Source: Candidatus Latescibacterota bacterium (GTDB lineage Bacteria; Latescibacterota; UBA2968; UBA8231). From it: a stretch of DNA of 64,000 nucleotides. Below the pieces are notes generated by a model. That model ran no database searches and had not been told where the DNA came from. It saw only the letters and a program-made list of their open reading frames with translations. Position 1 is the stretch's first letter. Each line of letters begins with the position of its first letter. The stretch lies in assembly GCA_965197905.1 (NCBI GenBank), contig CBDAOB010000004.1, positions 1 through 64,000 of the forward strand. Direction: 5' to 3'. Positions 48,520 through 57,921 of this stretch are shown here, piece after piece. The position numbers and the translations under genes were made by a program.

Positions 48520-49758
48520 TCATCCATGACGGCGCTCCATCGGCGCGCCCTGACCGCCTTCCGCGCTCAGGTAGGCCGCCCACTCTTCCATGAGCTTGCG
48601 CCGCCGCTCGAACAGGTCCGAACGCGCGTAGGCCGCCTCGGTCTTGTCCTTGATCACATGCGCCAGCGCCGCTTCCATCACGGCGCGCGGCGCCTGGGTG
48701 CGTTCTGCCGCCCAGTCCCGGAAGCTCGACCGGAACCCGTGCGGCACGGCTTGGATGCCCAGGTCCCGCAGGAGCTTGGAAAGCGTGGCATCCGACAGCG
48801 GTTTGTCGTATCTTATACCGGGAAACACGAGGCCGCTGCCGGCGGCGATCGCCTTCGCCTCGTTCAGGGTTTCCAGTGCCCGCCCGGACAACGGCACTCG
48901 GTGGGGACGCTTCGCTTTCATGCGCTCGCCGGGGATGATCCACTCGGATGTGTCCAAGTCGATTTCGTCCCATGTCGCCAGGCGAACTTCGCCCGAACGG
49001 CACGCGGTCAGCACCAAGAACTCGAAGGCCAGCTTGGAAGATAGGGATGCTTGCGAAGCCCGCACCGCCTGTATCACGCCGGTGACCTCGCCATGGGGCG
49101 TCGCCAAGTGATGGCGCCGGACGCCGTTGTGCCGGGGCAGGGCTGCGCCCAGCGCGTCGCCGGCGGGGTTGTCTGGTCGCAAGCCTTGTGCCACGGCCCA
49201 CTTCATCACCGCGCCGATACGCTGGCGCACCCGCCGTGCGGTTTCCGGCTTCTCGTGCCAAATCGGCGTCAACACCGCCATTACGTCCGCCGTGGTCACG
49301 TCCGAAACCGAACGCCGGCCCAAGCGCGGGAACACGTACTCGCGAAGCGACGATGCCCATTGCGCCGCGCTCTTGCCGCCCTTCTTCCAGGAAGGCCGGT
49401 GAATTTCTATCACCCGGGCGGCGGCGTCCTCGAACGTGGGCATGCCTTGATCCTTGCGCTTCTCCGCCAGCGGGTCGCCGCCCGCGCGCGCGCGCTGGCG
49501 CTGGGCAAGCGCCTGCTCGCGGGCTTCGGCCAACGACACCAGCGGAAAGCCGCCCAGGCCCAGCTCGCGCCGCCGCCCGTGAATCGTCAGCCGCTGCACC
49601 CAGCAGCGCGCGCCGGTGTCCGTGACCAGCAGATAGAGCCCGTGCCCGTCGCAGTACCGACCCGGCTTTGTCACCGTTCGGACAAACGCCGCGCTCAGCG
49701 CCTTCTCGGGATGCCGGCCCCGCTTGCGCCCGGCCTTCAAGGGGGTTGCGTCTGTCAT
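48520..49758 (-). CDS. P4-like tyrosine integrase with N-terminal Arm DNA-binding domain
   Basis: DGHGLYLLV..G.R.W, LGLGGFP.VSLAEARE, LTACRSGE, RMK..RPHRVPL, HGFRSSFRDW, LAH, AAY. Confidence 0.95.
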   Translation of the reverse strand: MTDATPLKAGRKRGRHPEKALSAAFVRTVTKPGRYCDGHGLYLLVTDTGARCWVQRLTIHGRRRELGLGGFPLVSLAEAREQALAQRQRARAGGDPLAEKRKDQGMPTFEDAAARVIEIHRPSWKKGGKSAAQWASSLREYVFPRLGRRSVSDVTTADVMAVLTPIWHEKPETARRVRQRIGAVMKWAVAQGLRPDNPAGDALGAALPRHNGVRRHHLATPHGEVTGVIQAVRASQASLSSKLAFEFLVLTACRSGEVRLATWDEIDLDTSEWIIPGERMKAKRPHRVPLSGRALETLNEAKAIAAGSGLVFPGIRYDKPLSDATLSKLLRDLGIQAVPHGFRSSFRDWAAERTQAPRAVMEAALAHVIKDKTEAAYARSDLFERRRKLMEEWAAYLSAEGGQGAPMERRHG

Positions 49759-49892
49759 TTTATTCCCCTTTTTTTCCCCTCAATTATAAGGGGAATATAT
49801 CGGAACTCGCGGGAAGAATCAAGCCCTGTTTTGTGCAATAGCTCTTTGTTATACAAATACTTATTGGTAATCATAGGAAGATGACGGAATTG

Positions 49893-49923
49893 AAAATGGC
49901 GGACACTCTCTCCGCCATTTTTT
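49893..49923 (+). other. Putative att site: tRNA-3'-end remnant inside a terminator-like hairpin
   Basis: aaaatggcgga-cactctc-tccgccatttt; ctctctccgcca resembles a tRNA-Ser-type 3' end; 135 bp from the integrase start. Confidence 0.6.
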
Positions 49924-49928
49924 GAAGT

Positions 49929-50004
<76 letters not shown>

Positions 50005-50020
50005 TTTCTCTGTTTTTTAA

Positions 50021-50290
50021 GGTCGTGCTAGATGGGGAGATAGCGGTTCCCTGTACCCGCAATCCGCTATAGCGGGATCGAATTCCCACCAAGAGGTTTT
50101 GCGTTGCCGACGGGAACGGCGAAAAGTGGCGTCGAAGGTTGGATTCTGCGCAACGGAAGGCGTCTGAACCCCGTCAGGACCGGAAGGTAGCAGCGGTAAG
50201 AATGTTCCTCCGTGTGCCGCAGGGTGATCTGGCCGGAGCCAACTGGCGTCGGAAACGCTGGCGACCAGAATCGAAGGTGGGTGCACGACC
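50021..50290 (+). ncRNA. ffs: Signal recognition particle RNA, large (Alu-containing) bacterial type
   Basis: ccgtcaggaccggaaggtagcagcgg helix-8 motif; terminal pairing ggtcgtgc/gcacgacc; ~270 nt; directly upstream of dnaX. Confidence 0.93.
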
Positions 50291-50366
50291 TTACACTTCT
50301 CGGCGCGTTGCAAGCGATTTGGCTCGCAGCGCCCAGACACACTATCAAAACTAATCGGACCACCCA

Positions 50367-51986
50367 GTGACTTTTCTCGTTACCGCTCGCAAGTGGCGAC
50401 CTCGACGTTTTAACGAAGTAGTCGCCCAAGACCATATAACCGAAATACTGGAAAACGCGGTCCAATCCGGTCGGATCGCCCAGTCCTATCTGTTTTGTGG
50501 TCCCCGCGGTGTCGGCAAAACGACCATGGCGCGCATTCTCGCGAAAGCTCTCAACTGCGCCCAGCGGGAAGAGGCAAATCCCTGTGATCGATGTGCATCG
50601 TGCGAGAGTATCGCTGCGGGCACCAGCCTCAACGTTCTCGAGATCGACGGGGCTTCAAACAACAGCGTTGACGACGTGCGCGAGCTGCGGGAGGTGGTGC
50701 GTTATGTGCCCACCGAAGGCAGCTACAAAATCTACATAATCGATGAAGTGCACATGCTGTCCACCGCGGCGTTCAATGCTTTGCTCAAGACCCTGGAGGA
50801 GCCACCGGCACACGTGGTGTTCATCTTTGCAACGACCGAAGTCAGGCAGGTGCCCGAGACGATTCTGTCGCGCTGCCAGAGATTCAACTTTCGGCGCATA
50901 CCAACCGCCGAAATCGTCGCGCATTTACAGACTATCACCGAATCCGAAGGGATCAAGACCGAAGACGAGGCTTTGTACCTGCTTGCCAGCCGGGCCGACG
51001 GAGCGTTGCGCGACGCCGAAAGTCTGTTGGATCAGATGGCCGCCTTCGACCAGGAGGTCGTTACCGCCGCTACGGTCGAAAAGATCTTGGGTTTGGTCGA
51101 TCACAATGTCTACTTCAACCTGCTCAATGCCGTACGCGAAGGCGATACGAAACAGGTGCTGGATCTGGTGGAAGAAGTTGTTGGCGCCGGCTTCGACCTG
51201 GATGAGTTCGCCCGTGGATTGGTTGAAAATCTGCGTTCGTTGTTGTTTGCCGCCGTGCAGGGCAACGCGAAGGAGCTCGACATTCCCGATTCGGAACGCG
51301 CCAAACTCGAGGAACTGGCTGTAGATTTCGTCGCGGAAGATGTCCTCCGCATGTTGCAAATGCTCATGGATTTGGAAGTGCGCTTGAGACAGTCCGTACA
51401 ACCGCGTTTCCTGTTGGAGATGGCGTTGGTCCGCATGGCTTCCATGCCGCGCGCGGTGGACGTAGGCGAGCTCTTGACGCGCCTGCAAGAGATGAGAGCT
51501 GCCGAACATACCGCCTCCGCACCCCCGGTCACCCGGTCCACGCCGGCGCCAGCTCGCGCCGAAAAGGCGAATCCGGTTCAAGAGGAACAATCGATTGAGA
51601 AGCCGGCGCTAGAAGCCGCCGAGGCCCCTGCAGAAGAACTGACGATCGAGGTGATCGGAGGGCAGTGGAACGACCTGATTGCCAAGGTCCAGGCGGCGCA
51701 ACCGACCCTGGGCATATTTCTCAAATCTGCCAAACTGATCGGCTTCGAGGGCAGCGTTCTCCACATCGCCTTTTCCAGCGCTGACCGATTTCCAATGGCC
51801 CAGGTTGCGGACAACCGCGAGGCGGTGGAGAGATTCTGCGCCGAGCTGTGGGGGCAGTCCATACGTCTGCAATGCAAGGAGGAGCAGGCTGACGCCGAAT
51901 CGGTGCCGAAGAAAGAGACCAGTGCGAACCCGGCCGATCCCACTGTAAAATCCGTCCTCGATACCTTCGACGGCGAACTCGTCTAA
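50367..51986 (+). CDS. dnaX: DNA polymerase III subunit gamma/tau
   Basis: ARKWRP..F, GPRGVGKTT, EIDGASN, IIDEVHMLS, SRCQ. Confidence 0.97.
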   Translation: MTFLVTARKWRPRRFNEVVAQDHITEILENAVQSGRIAQSYLFCGPRGVGKTTMARILAKALNCAQREEANPCDRCASCESIAAGTSLNVLEIDGASNNSVDDVRELREVVRYVPTEGSYKIYIIDEVHMLSTAAFNALLKTLEEPPAHVVFIFATTEVRQVPETILSRCQRFNFRRIPTAEIVAHLQTITESEGIKTEDEALYLLASRADGALRDAESLLDQMAAFDQEVVTAATVEKILGLVDHNVYFNLLNAVREGDTKQVLDLVEEVVGAGFDLDEFARGLVENLRSLLFAAVQGNAKELDIPDSERAKLEELAVDFVAEDVLRMLQMLMDLEVRLRQSVQPRFLLEMALVRMASMPRAVDVGELLTRLQEMRAAEHTASAPPVTRSTPAPARAEKANPVQEEQSIEKPALEAAEAPAEELTIEVIGGQWNDLIAKVQAAQPTLGIFLKSAKLIGFEGSVLHIAFSSADRFPMAQVADNREAVERFCAELWGQSIRLQCKEEQADAESVPKKETSANPADPTVKSVLDTFDGELV

Positions 51987-51992
51987 GCTGTC

Positions 51993-52589
51993 ATGGGACC
52001 CCTGCCGCTGGAGGAACTGGTCAAATCGCTGGGCCGGCTACCGGGCATAGGACCGAAAACCGCTCAGCGACTGGCCTATTACATCGTCAAACGGCCGCGC
52101 GACGAGGCCGAGACGCTTGCCAAAGCGGTCCTCGACGCCAAGGACAAAATCACCTACTGCACGGTCTGCTACAACTTTACCGACACCGATCACGAACGAT
52201 GTCAGGTTTGTCTCGATGACCGCCGCGACGTGCAGACCATCTGCGTGGTCGAAGATGCAAACGACGTCCTCGTGTTGGAACACAATCGTCTTATCAACGG
52301 CGTCTACCACGTCTTGGGCGGGAAGCTCTCGCCTCTCGACGGGGTGGGACCGTCCGACCTGCGCATCGACGAGCTGGTCCAACGCGTGCAAGCCGGGGGT
52401 GTGCAGGAGGTAATTCTGGCATTGAATGCCAGCACTGAGGGCGAGGCCACGGCTGAATTCATCCAGCGACAACTTGGACCTCAAACCAAGGTCACTCGCC
52501 TCGCTCGCGGTCTGCCGGTTGGGGCGGACCTCGATCTCGCCGACAAAGTCACCCTGGCTCATGCACTAGAGGGGCGGCAATCGTTCTGA
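51993..52589 (+). CDS. recR: Recombination protein RecR
   Basis: LPGIGPKTAQRLA, C4 zinc finger, ICVVE, YHVLGG.LSP, EGEAT, RLARGLPVG. Confidence 0.97.
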   Translation: MGPLPLEELVKSLGRLPGIGPKTAQRLAYYIVKRPRDEAETLAKAVLDAKDKITYCTVCYNFTDTDHERCQVCLDDRRDVQTICVVEDANDVLVLEHNRLINGVYHVLGGKLSPLDGVGPSDLRIDELVQRVQAGGVQEVILALNASTEGEATAEFIQRQLGPQTKVTRLARGLPVGADLDLADKVTLAHALEGRQSF

Positions 52590-52605
52590 GCAGCGAGATG
52601 TGCAG

Positions 52606-53202
52606 ATGAACTACCGCGCATTGATCAACTGGCCGAATGTCTTGACGGCTATGAGGATCGGTCTGACTCCGCTGTTCGTGTTTATGCTCCTGGCCGAGGC
52701 CTGGTACTGGAAATCCTTGGCGTTCGTCGTCTTCGGCGCGGCGTCGCTGACCGATTTCTACGATGGAAAACTTGCGCGGTCGGGAAATCGTGAGACCTCC
52801 GTTGGCAAGTTCCTCGATCCACTGGCAGACAAGATTCTCGTCACTTCGGCATTGCTTGCACTGGTTTTCGGCCAGATGGTAAGTATTTGGTTGGTCGTTC
52901 CCATCGTCGTCAGAGATGTTTTGATTACGGGTCTGCGCTTGTACGGCATTTATCACGGACGCCAGATGATCACCTCCCGGTTGGCGAAATGGAAAACCGC
53001 CGTACAGTTGTTTACCGTTGTCTTCCTGCTCTTCGTTATCGGATTGCAGGAGATCCTCGCCCGCTTCTATCACGAGGACATCTTCCCGTTTGACGATGGC
53101 GAGTTCCAGCTTCTCGCCAACGGTCTGATGTCGGCGGTGCTGCTACTCACCTTGCTGTCGGGATTCCACTACCTCGTTCGCCGCCAGTTCTACCTTCGCT
53201 AG
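52606..53202 (+). CDS. pgsA: CDP-diacylglycerol--glycerol-3-phosphate 3-phosphatidyltransferase
   Basis: PNVLT..R, TDFYDGKLAR..GKFLDPLADK, AKWKT. Confidence 0.93.
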   Translation: MNYRALINWPNVLTAMRIGLTPLFVFMLLAEAWYWKSLAFVVFGAASLTDFYDGKLARSGNRETSVGKFLDPLADKILVTSALLALVFGQMVSIWLVVPIVVRDVLITGLRLYGIYHGRQMITSRLAKWKTAVQLFTVVFLLFVIGLQEILARFYHEDIFPFDDGEFQLLANGLMSAVLLLTLLSGFHYLVRRQFYLR

Positions 53203-53217
53203 CCTGGTAAAAGGAAA

Positions 53218-53670
53218 ATAGCCAGTCTGACCAAGCTGATCGCTACGCTTCTGTGTACCGGGTATGCTCCCGTCGCACCCGGGACGGCAGGTAGTGCACT
53301 GATTGCAGTAGTTTACTATTTTTTCTTCGCCTCAACCGGGGTGGTCGATTGGTTTGTCATCCTTGCGGTCACCTTTGTCGTGGGGGTGTATACGGCGGAC
53401 AGGATGTCCAGAGAGTGGGGACCGGACCCCGGCCGGGTGGTCATCGATGAAGGAGTCGGTTATCTGGTGACTGTCGCCTTCCTGCCTCACGGCATCTGGA
53501 GCGCCGCCCTGGGGTTTCTGGTTTTCAGAATCCTGGACATTTGGAAGCCCTTTCCGGCACGGCAGCTCGAACGGTTGTCGGGCGGATGGGGTATCGTCGC
53601 CGACGACGTGATGGCCGGGATATACGGCAATCTTCTCCTGCGCCTGCTTTTTGCAGCGTTGGAAATCTGA
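53218..53670 (+). CDS. pgpA: Phosphatidylglycerophosphatase A (start codon uncertain)
   Basis: GYAPVAPGTAGS upstream of the track's GTG; DPGRVVIDE, FRILDIWKPFP, GIVADDVMAG. Confidence 0.88.
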   Translation: MASLTKLIATLLCTGYAPVAPGTAGSALIAVVYYFFFASTGVVDWFVILAVTFVVGVYTADRMSREWGPDPGRVVIDEGVGYLVTVAFLPHGIWSAALGFLVFRILDIWKPFPARQLERLSGGWGIVADDVMAGIYGNLLLRLLFAALEI

Positions 53671-53700
53671 GTTCCCGCTACCCTTATCAGCAGGTTCATC

Positions 53701-54741
53701 ATGGGAAAGTCCAGCAACGGAAAAGACGAGAAATCCGACAAGGCGCAATCCCTGGAACTGGCTATCAGTCAAATCGAGCGCCAGTACGGCAAGGGCTCGA
53801 TTATGCGCCTCGGCGATCAGGGCGGCATCGTTCCGGTCGAGTCTATCCCGACGGGCTCGATCTCGCTGGACGCCGCGCTGGGCATAGGGGGTCTGCCGAA
53901 AGGACGAATCGTCGAAATCTATGGTCCCGAGGGGGCCGGCAAGACGATGCTCTCGCTGCACGCTATCCGGGAAGCTCAACAGAAGGGGGGAACGGCGGCG
54001 TTCGTCGATGCAGAACATGCGCTGGACGTAAGCTTTGCCCGTCGTATCGGCGTCGACGTCGAGAACCTCATTATCTCGCAGCCCGATAGCGGTGAGCAGG
54101 CGCTGGAAATCGTCGAGACGCTCGTCCGCAGCGGCGCCTTCGACGTCATTGTCATTGATTCAGTGGCTGCCCTCGTGCCGCAGGCGGAACTCGACGGGGA
54201 AATGGGCGATTCTCACATGGGATTGCACGCGCGTTTGATGTCCCAGGCGCTGCGCAAACTTGCGGGTTCGATCAACCGCTCGAAAACGTGTGTGATTTTC
54301 CTCAATCAGCTGCGCACCAAGATCGGTGTGATGTTCGGGAATCCGGAGACGACGACGGGGGGACGCGCGCTGCCATTCTATTCTTCGGTTCGATTGGATA
54401 TCCGCCGCATCGCGCGCATCAAAGACGGCGAGAATGATATCGGCAGCCGTACCCGGGTCAAGGTCGTGAAAAACAAGCTTGCTCCGCCGTTTCGAGAGGC
54501 TGAATTCGACATCATCTATACGGGTGCCCGAATCGGCGTCTCCCGGGAGGGTGACCTTCTTGATATTGGGGTGGAGAAGGGTTTGGTCGAGAAGAGTGGA
54601 TCCTGGTTCTCCTATGACGGCGAGCGGCTGGGCCAGGGCCGCGAGCAGGCCAAATCGTTTCTCTTGGAGCGCCAGGAGATTGCCACTGGTCTCGAACAGC
54701 GACTGCGCGGCGAGCTCGGGCTCGCCGATCAAGATCCGTAA
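53701..54741 (+). CDS. recA: Recombinase RecA
   Basis: [46 protein letters not shown]. Confidence 0.99.
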   Translation: MGKSSNGKDEKSDKAQSLELAISQIERQYGKGSIMRLGDQGGIVPVESIPTGSISLDAALGIGGLPKGRIVEIYGPEGAGKTMLSLHAIREAQQKGGTAAFVDAEHALDVSFARRIGVDVENLIISQPDSGEQALEIVETLVRSGAFDVIVIDSVAALVPQAELDGEMGDSHMGLHARLMSQALRKLAGSINRSKTCVIFLNQLRTKIGVMFGNPETTTGGRALPFYSSVRLDIRRIARIKDGENDIGSRTRVKVVKNKLAPPFREAEFDIIYTGARIGVSREGDLLDIGVEKGLVEKSGSWFSYDGERLGQGREQAKSFLLERQEIATGLEQRLRGELGLADQDP

Positions 54742-54826
54742 TCGCGCGTTTTCGCGACGGCTGGTTTCGTTGTCCAATCCGCTCCAATCGATCCACTACT
54801 GACGATTTTACCACTTTCGACGGGAT

Positions 54827-55306
54827 ATGCCGCTTTCAGAGGTTCACGAAGCCCGCGAAAAAGCGCTGACGCTGATCGCCAAAAAGGATCGAACGGTGGC
54901 GGAGGTCAGGAGCCATCTCGATCGTGAGAAGGTGGATCAGGCTACCATCGAGCTCGTGATCACCGATCTTCAGCGCATGAAGCTGGTGGATGACAGAGCC
55001 TTCGCCCGGCGCTGGATCGAGATGCGACTCGATTATCCCGCGGGGAAAGAGAAGTTTGCGGAGGACTTGGCGAACAAAGGGGTCGAGGAACCGATAATTA
55101 CGGACATATTGGATGAATTCGGCGAACAGTTGCAGTCAGACCGGGCTGCGGTCGACCTGCTGCGGAAGCAGGCACACAGGTATGCCAATCTGGAAGAGCG
55201 GAAAGCCCGACAACGGATGTACGGTCTGTTGGCGCGGCGTGGTTTCGACGGCGAAACCGCCGCCGAGGCTGTAGATCAGGTGCTGAGGGAAATACATCAG
55301 AAATGA
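54827..55306 (+). CDS. recX: Regulatory protein RecX
   Basis: Follows recA; RTVAEVR..L, VDDRAFA, LARRGF. Confidence 0.9.
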   Translation: MPLSEVHEAREKALTLIAKKDRTVAEVRSHLDREKVDQATIELVITDLQRMKLVDDRAFARRWIEMRLDYPAGKEKFAEDLANKGVEEPIITDILDEFGEQLQSDRAAVDLLRKQAHRYANLEERKARQRMYGLLARRGFDGETAAEAVDQVLREIHQK

Positions 55307-57921
55307 AGTCCAGCGAGATTAGAGAAAGCTTCCTGCGCTTTTTTGAGGAACGGGGTCATCAGCGGGTGCCAAGTGCTCCGGTCGTTCCCCACGATGACCC
55401 GACCCTCTACTTCACGAATGCCGGAATGAACCAGTTCAAGGACGTTTTCCTGGGAATGGGCAAACGCGACTACACGCGAGCGGTCGACTCGCAAAAGTGC
55501 ATTCGGGTCTCAGGGAAACACAACGATCTGGAAGAAGTAGGCGTGAGCCCGGGGCATCACACCTTCTTCGAGATGCTGGGCAACTGGTCCTTTGGAGACT
55601 ACTTCAAGAAGGAAGCAATCGAATGGGCATGGACCCTGGTCACGGAGCACTGGGGGCTGGAAAAGGAACGACTGTGGAGCACCGTCTTCGAGGGCGACGA
55701 GAGTGATGGCCTCGAACCCGACGAAGAGGCAGAGAATCTGTGGCTCGATATGACGGATCAGGTCCAGGAGCGGATCGTACGTCTGCCGGCTCAGGATGTC
55801 TTTTGGGAAATGGGTGCTACCGGGCCCTGCGGCCCTTCATCAGAGCTGCACTATTACCTGGGCGACGACCTCAGCAAACAGACGGCTGGCGGGCTTCGCG
55901 ACGCAGACAGCGGTTTCCTCGAGATCTGGAACCTGGTGTTCATCCAGTTCAACCGCGACGACCAGGGTCAACTGCATGCGCTCCCGGCCAAACACGTCGA
56001 TACCGGCCTGGGTTTCGAGCGGATCTGTCGAATCCTGCAAAAGGCTGAAACCAACTACGACACCGATATCTTCCAACCTCTCATCGCACGGGTCGCCGAT
56101 CTCACCGACAGCGCATACGAGGGTGAACACGTGGTGCCGATGCGGGTGATTGCCGACCACGTTCGCGCTCTTACGTTTGCCATCGCGGACGGCGCCTTGC
56201 CTGCCAACGATGGTGCCGGGTATGTCTTGCGGCGCATTCTGCGCCGGGCGGCGCGGTACGGACGCCAAATGAACCAACACGAACCGTTCATATTCAAGTT
56301 GACCTCGACCATCGCTGACCTGCTGGGGTCGGCCTATCCGGAGATCGTGGCAAAGAGTGCGCACATCTCGATGGTTATCGAGTCGGAGGAGGAGAGTTTC
56401 GGTAGGACCCTGGACCGGGGTCTGGACATCTTCGAGCGGCTGAGCCAAAAGAACGAAATCTCCGGTGCCGACGCGTTTCGCCTCTACGATACATTCGGTT
56501 TTCCACTGGATCTGACCGAGCTGATGGCTCGTGAACGCGGCTTAAACGTCGACGTCGACGGATTTCAGGTGGAGTTGGAGAAGCAACGCCAGCGTGCGCG
56601 GAAGGCGGGCCGCACGCAGTTTTCCGCCACCGAAGGTGTGGCTGACGTACTCGAAGCCGATCATTCCGACTTCGTTGGATACGAAGAGTTGGAAACCGAG
56701 AGCGAGGTCGTTTTCTCCGGATCCGGTGCCGAGGGCAACCTGCAGATTTTTCTGGACCGAACTCCGTTTTACGCGGAGTCGGGGGGCCAAGTGGGCGACC
56801 AGGGGGCTATTGAAGGTTCTGATTTTTCAGTTGAGGTCCTCGATACCGTCAGGGGCCGGGGCGGAATCATGCACGTCGGACGTCTCCTTTCCGGCGATGT
56901 GGCATCGATAAGAGGCTCTGTCAGGGCTCGCGTGGATGCCGGTAGGCGTTTGGACGGTGCTCGCCATCACACCTCAACGCATCTGCTGCACGAAGCTTTG
57001 CGCCGGATTCTCGGTACCCACGTCGCCCAGATGGGTTCGCTGGTCGCCCCAGATCGACTTCGATTCGACTTCTCCCACTTCAATCCGATCGACGCCGCGC
57101 AACTTGAAGAGATCGAATCTTTGGTCAACGCGGAGATTCGCGCCGACCGCGAGGTCTCTACTTTTGAGGAGGACCTTGAAAAGGCAAAATCGATGGGGGC
57201 CCAGGCCCTCTTTGGGGAAAAATACGCAGACCGGGTTCGCGTTGTTCGCATCGACGATTTCGGCCTTGAACTGTGCGGCGGGACCCACGTGAGAACTACA
57301 GGGGAGATCGGACGTTTCGACCTGATCTCCGAAAGGGGCATCGCGGCGGGTACTCGGCGCGCCGAGGCGCTGGCCGGGACGGCCGCCGAGAGCGCCGCCC
57401 GCCAGCAGCGGGAAACCTTGAGCCGGCTGGGGGCTATGTTAAACAGCCCAGAATACGGGCAGCTGCCGGGCAAGATCGATGACCTGCTGCAGCGCCAGCG
57501 CGACACGGAACGCCAGCTGAGCGAGCTGCAGCAGCAAGTAGCAGGGCAGCGGGGGGTGCAGCTGGCCGACAACGCGATTGAGGTCGACGGCATCAAGGTG
57601 GTCACCGGCCGTGTGGACAATACCGATGTTTCCAACCTGCGTTTGCTGGCTGATGGCTTGCGTCAGGAAATGGGCTCGGGGCTCGGGGTGATCGGCACCG
57701 CGCTGGAGGGCAAGGTGGCGCTGGTAGCGGTGGTAACCGAGGATCTGATCGCGGAGCAAGGATTGCGGGCAGGCGACATCGTCAAAGCCGTAGCACAGTG
57801 TGTGGGCGGCTCCGGCGGCGGCAAAGCCCACCTAGCCCAGGCCGGAGGAAAGTATGTGGAAAAGCTGGACGAGGCCTTGGCATCGGTTCCCGAAATCGTC
57901 CGTCAACATGTGCGCAAGTAA
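55303..57921 (+). CDS. alaS: Alanine--tRNA ligase
   Basis: FTNAGMNQFK, TFFEMLGNWSFGDYFK, GPCGP, DTGLGFER, TPFYAESGGQ, HTSTH, ELCGGTH. Confidence 0.99.
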   Translation: MKSSEIRESFLRFFEERGHQRVPSAPVVPHDDPTLYFTNAGMNQFKDVFLGMGKRDYTRAVDSQKCIRVSGKHNDLEEVGVSPGHHTFFEMLGNWSFGDYFKKEAIEWAWTLVTEHWGLEKERLWSTVFEGDESDGLEPDEEAENLWLDMTDQVQERIVRLPAQDVFWEMGATGPCGPSSELHYYLGDDLSKQTAGGLRDADSGFLEIWNLVFIQFNRDDQGQLHALPAKHVDTGLGFERICRILQKAETNYDTDIFQPLIARVADLTDSAYEGEHVVPMRVIADHVRALTFAIADGALPANDGAGYVLRRILRRAARYGRQMNQHEPFIFKLTSTIADLLGSAYPEIVAKSAHISMVIESEEESFGRTLDRGLDIFERLSQKNEISGADAFRLYDTFGFPLDLTELMARERGLNVDVDGFQVELEKQRQRARKAGRTQFSATEGVADVLEADHSDFVGYEELETESEVVFSGSGAEGNLQIFLDRTPFYAESGGQVGDQGAIEGSDFSVEVLDTVRGRGGIMHVGRLLSGDVASIRGSVRARVDAGRRLDGARHHTSTHLLHEALRRILGTHVAQMGSLVAPDRLRFDFSHFNPIDAAQLEEIESLVNAEIRADREVSTFEEDLEKAKSMGAQALFGEKYADRVRVVRIDDFGLELCGGTHVRTTGEIGRFDLISERGIAAGTRRAEALAGTAAESAARQQRETLSRLGAMLNSPEYGQLPGKIDDLLQRQRDTERQLSELQQQVAGQRGVQLADNAIEVDGIKVVTGRVDNTDVSNLRLLADGLRQEMGSGLGVIGTALEGKVALVAVVTEDLIAEQGLRAGDIVKAVAQCVGGSGGGKAHLAQAGGKYVEKLDEALASVPEIVRQHVRK

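Larger units (their letters stand above)
1..49917. mobile_element. Composite genomic island (left boundary outside window), right end at integrase/att next to tRNA-Ala-ffs-dnaX
   Basis: IS remnants, recombinases, defence genes and pseudogenes run up to the integrase (48520-49758) and the att-like ctctctccgcca at 49906-49917; only intact housekeeping genes lie beyond. Confidence 0.7.
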
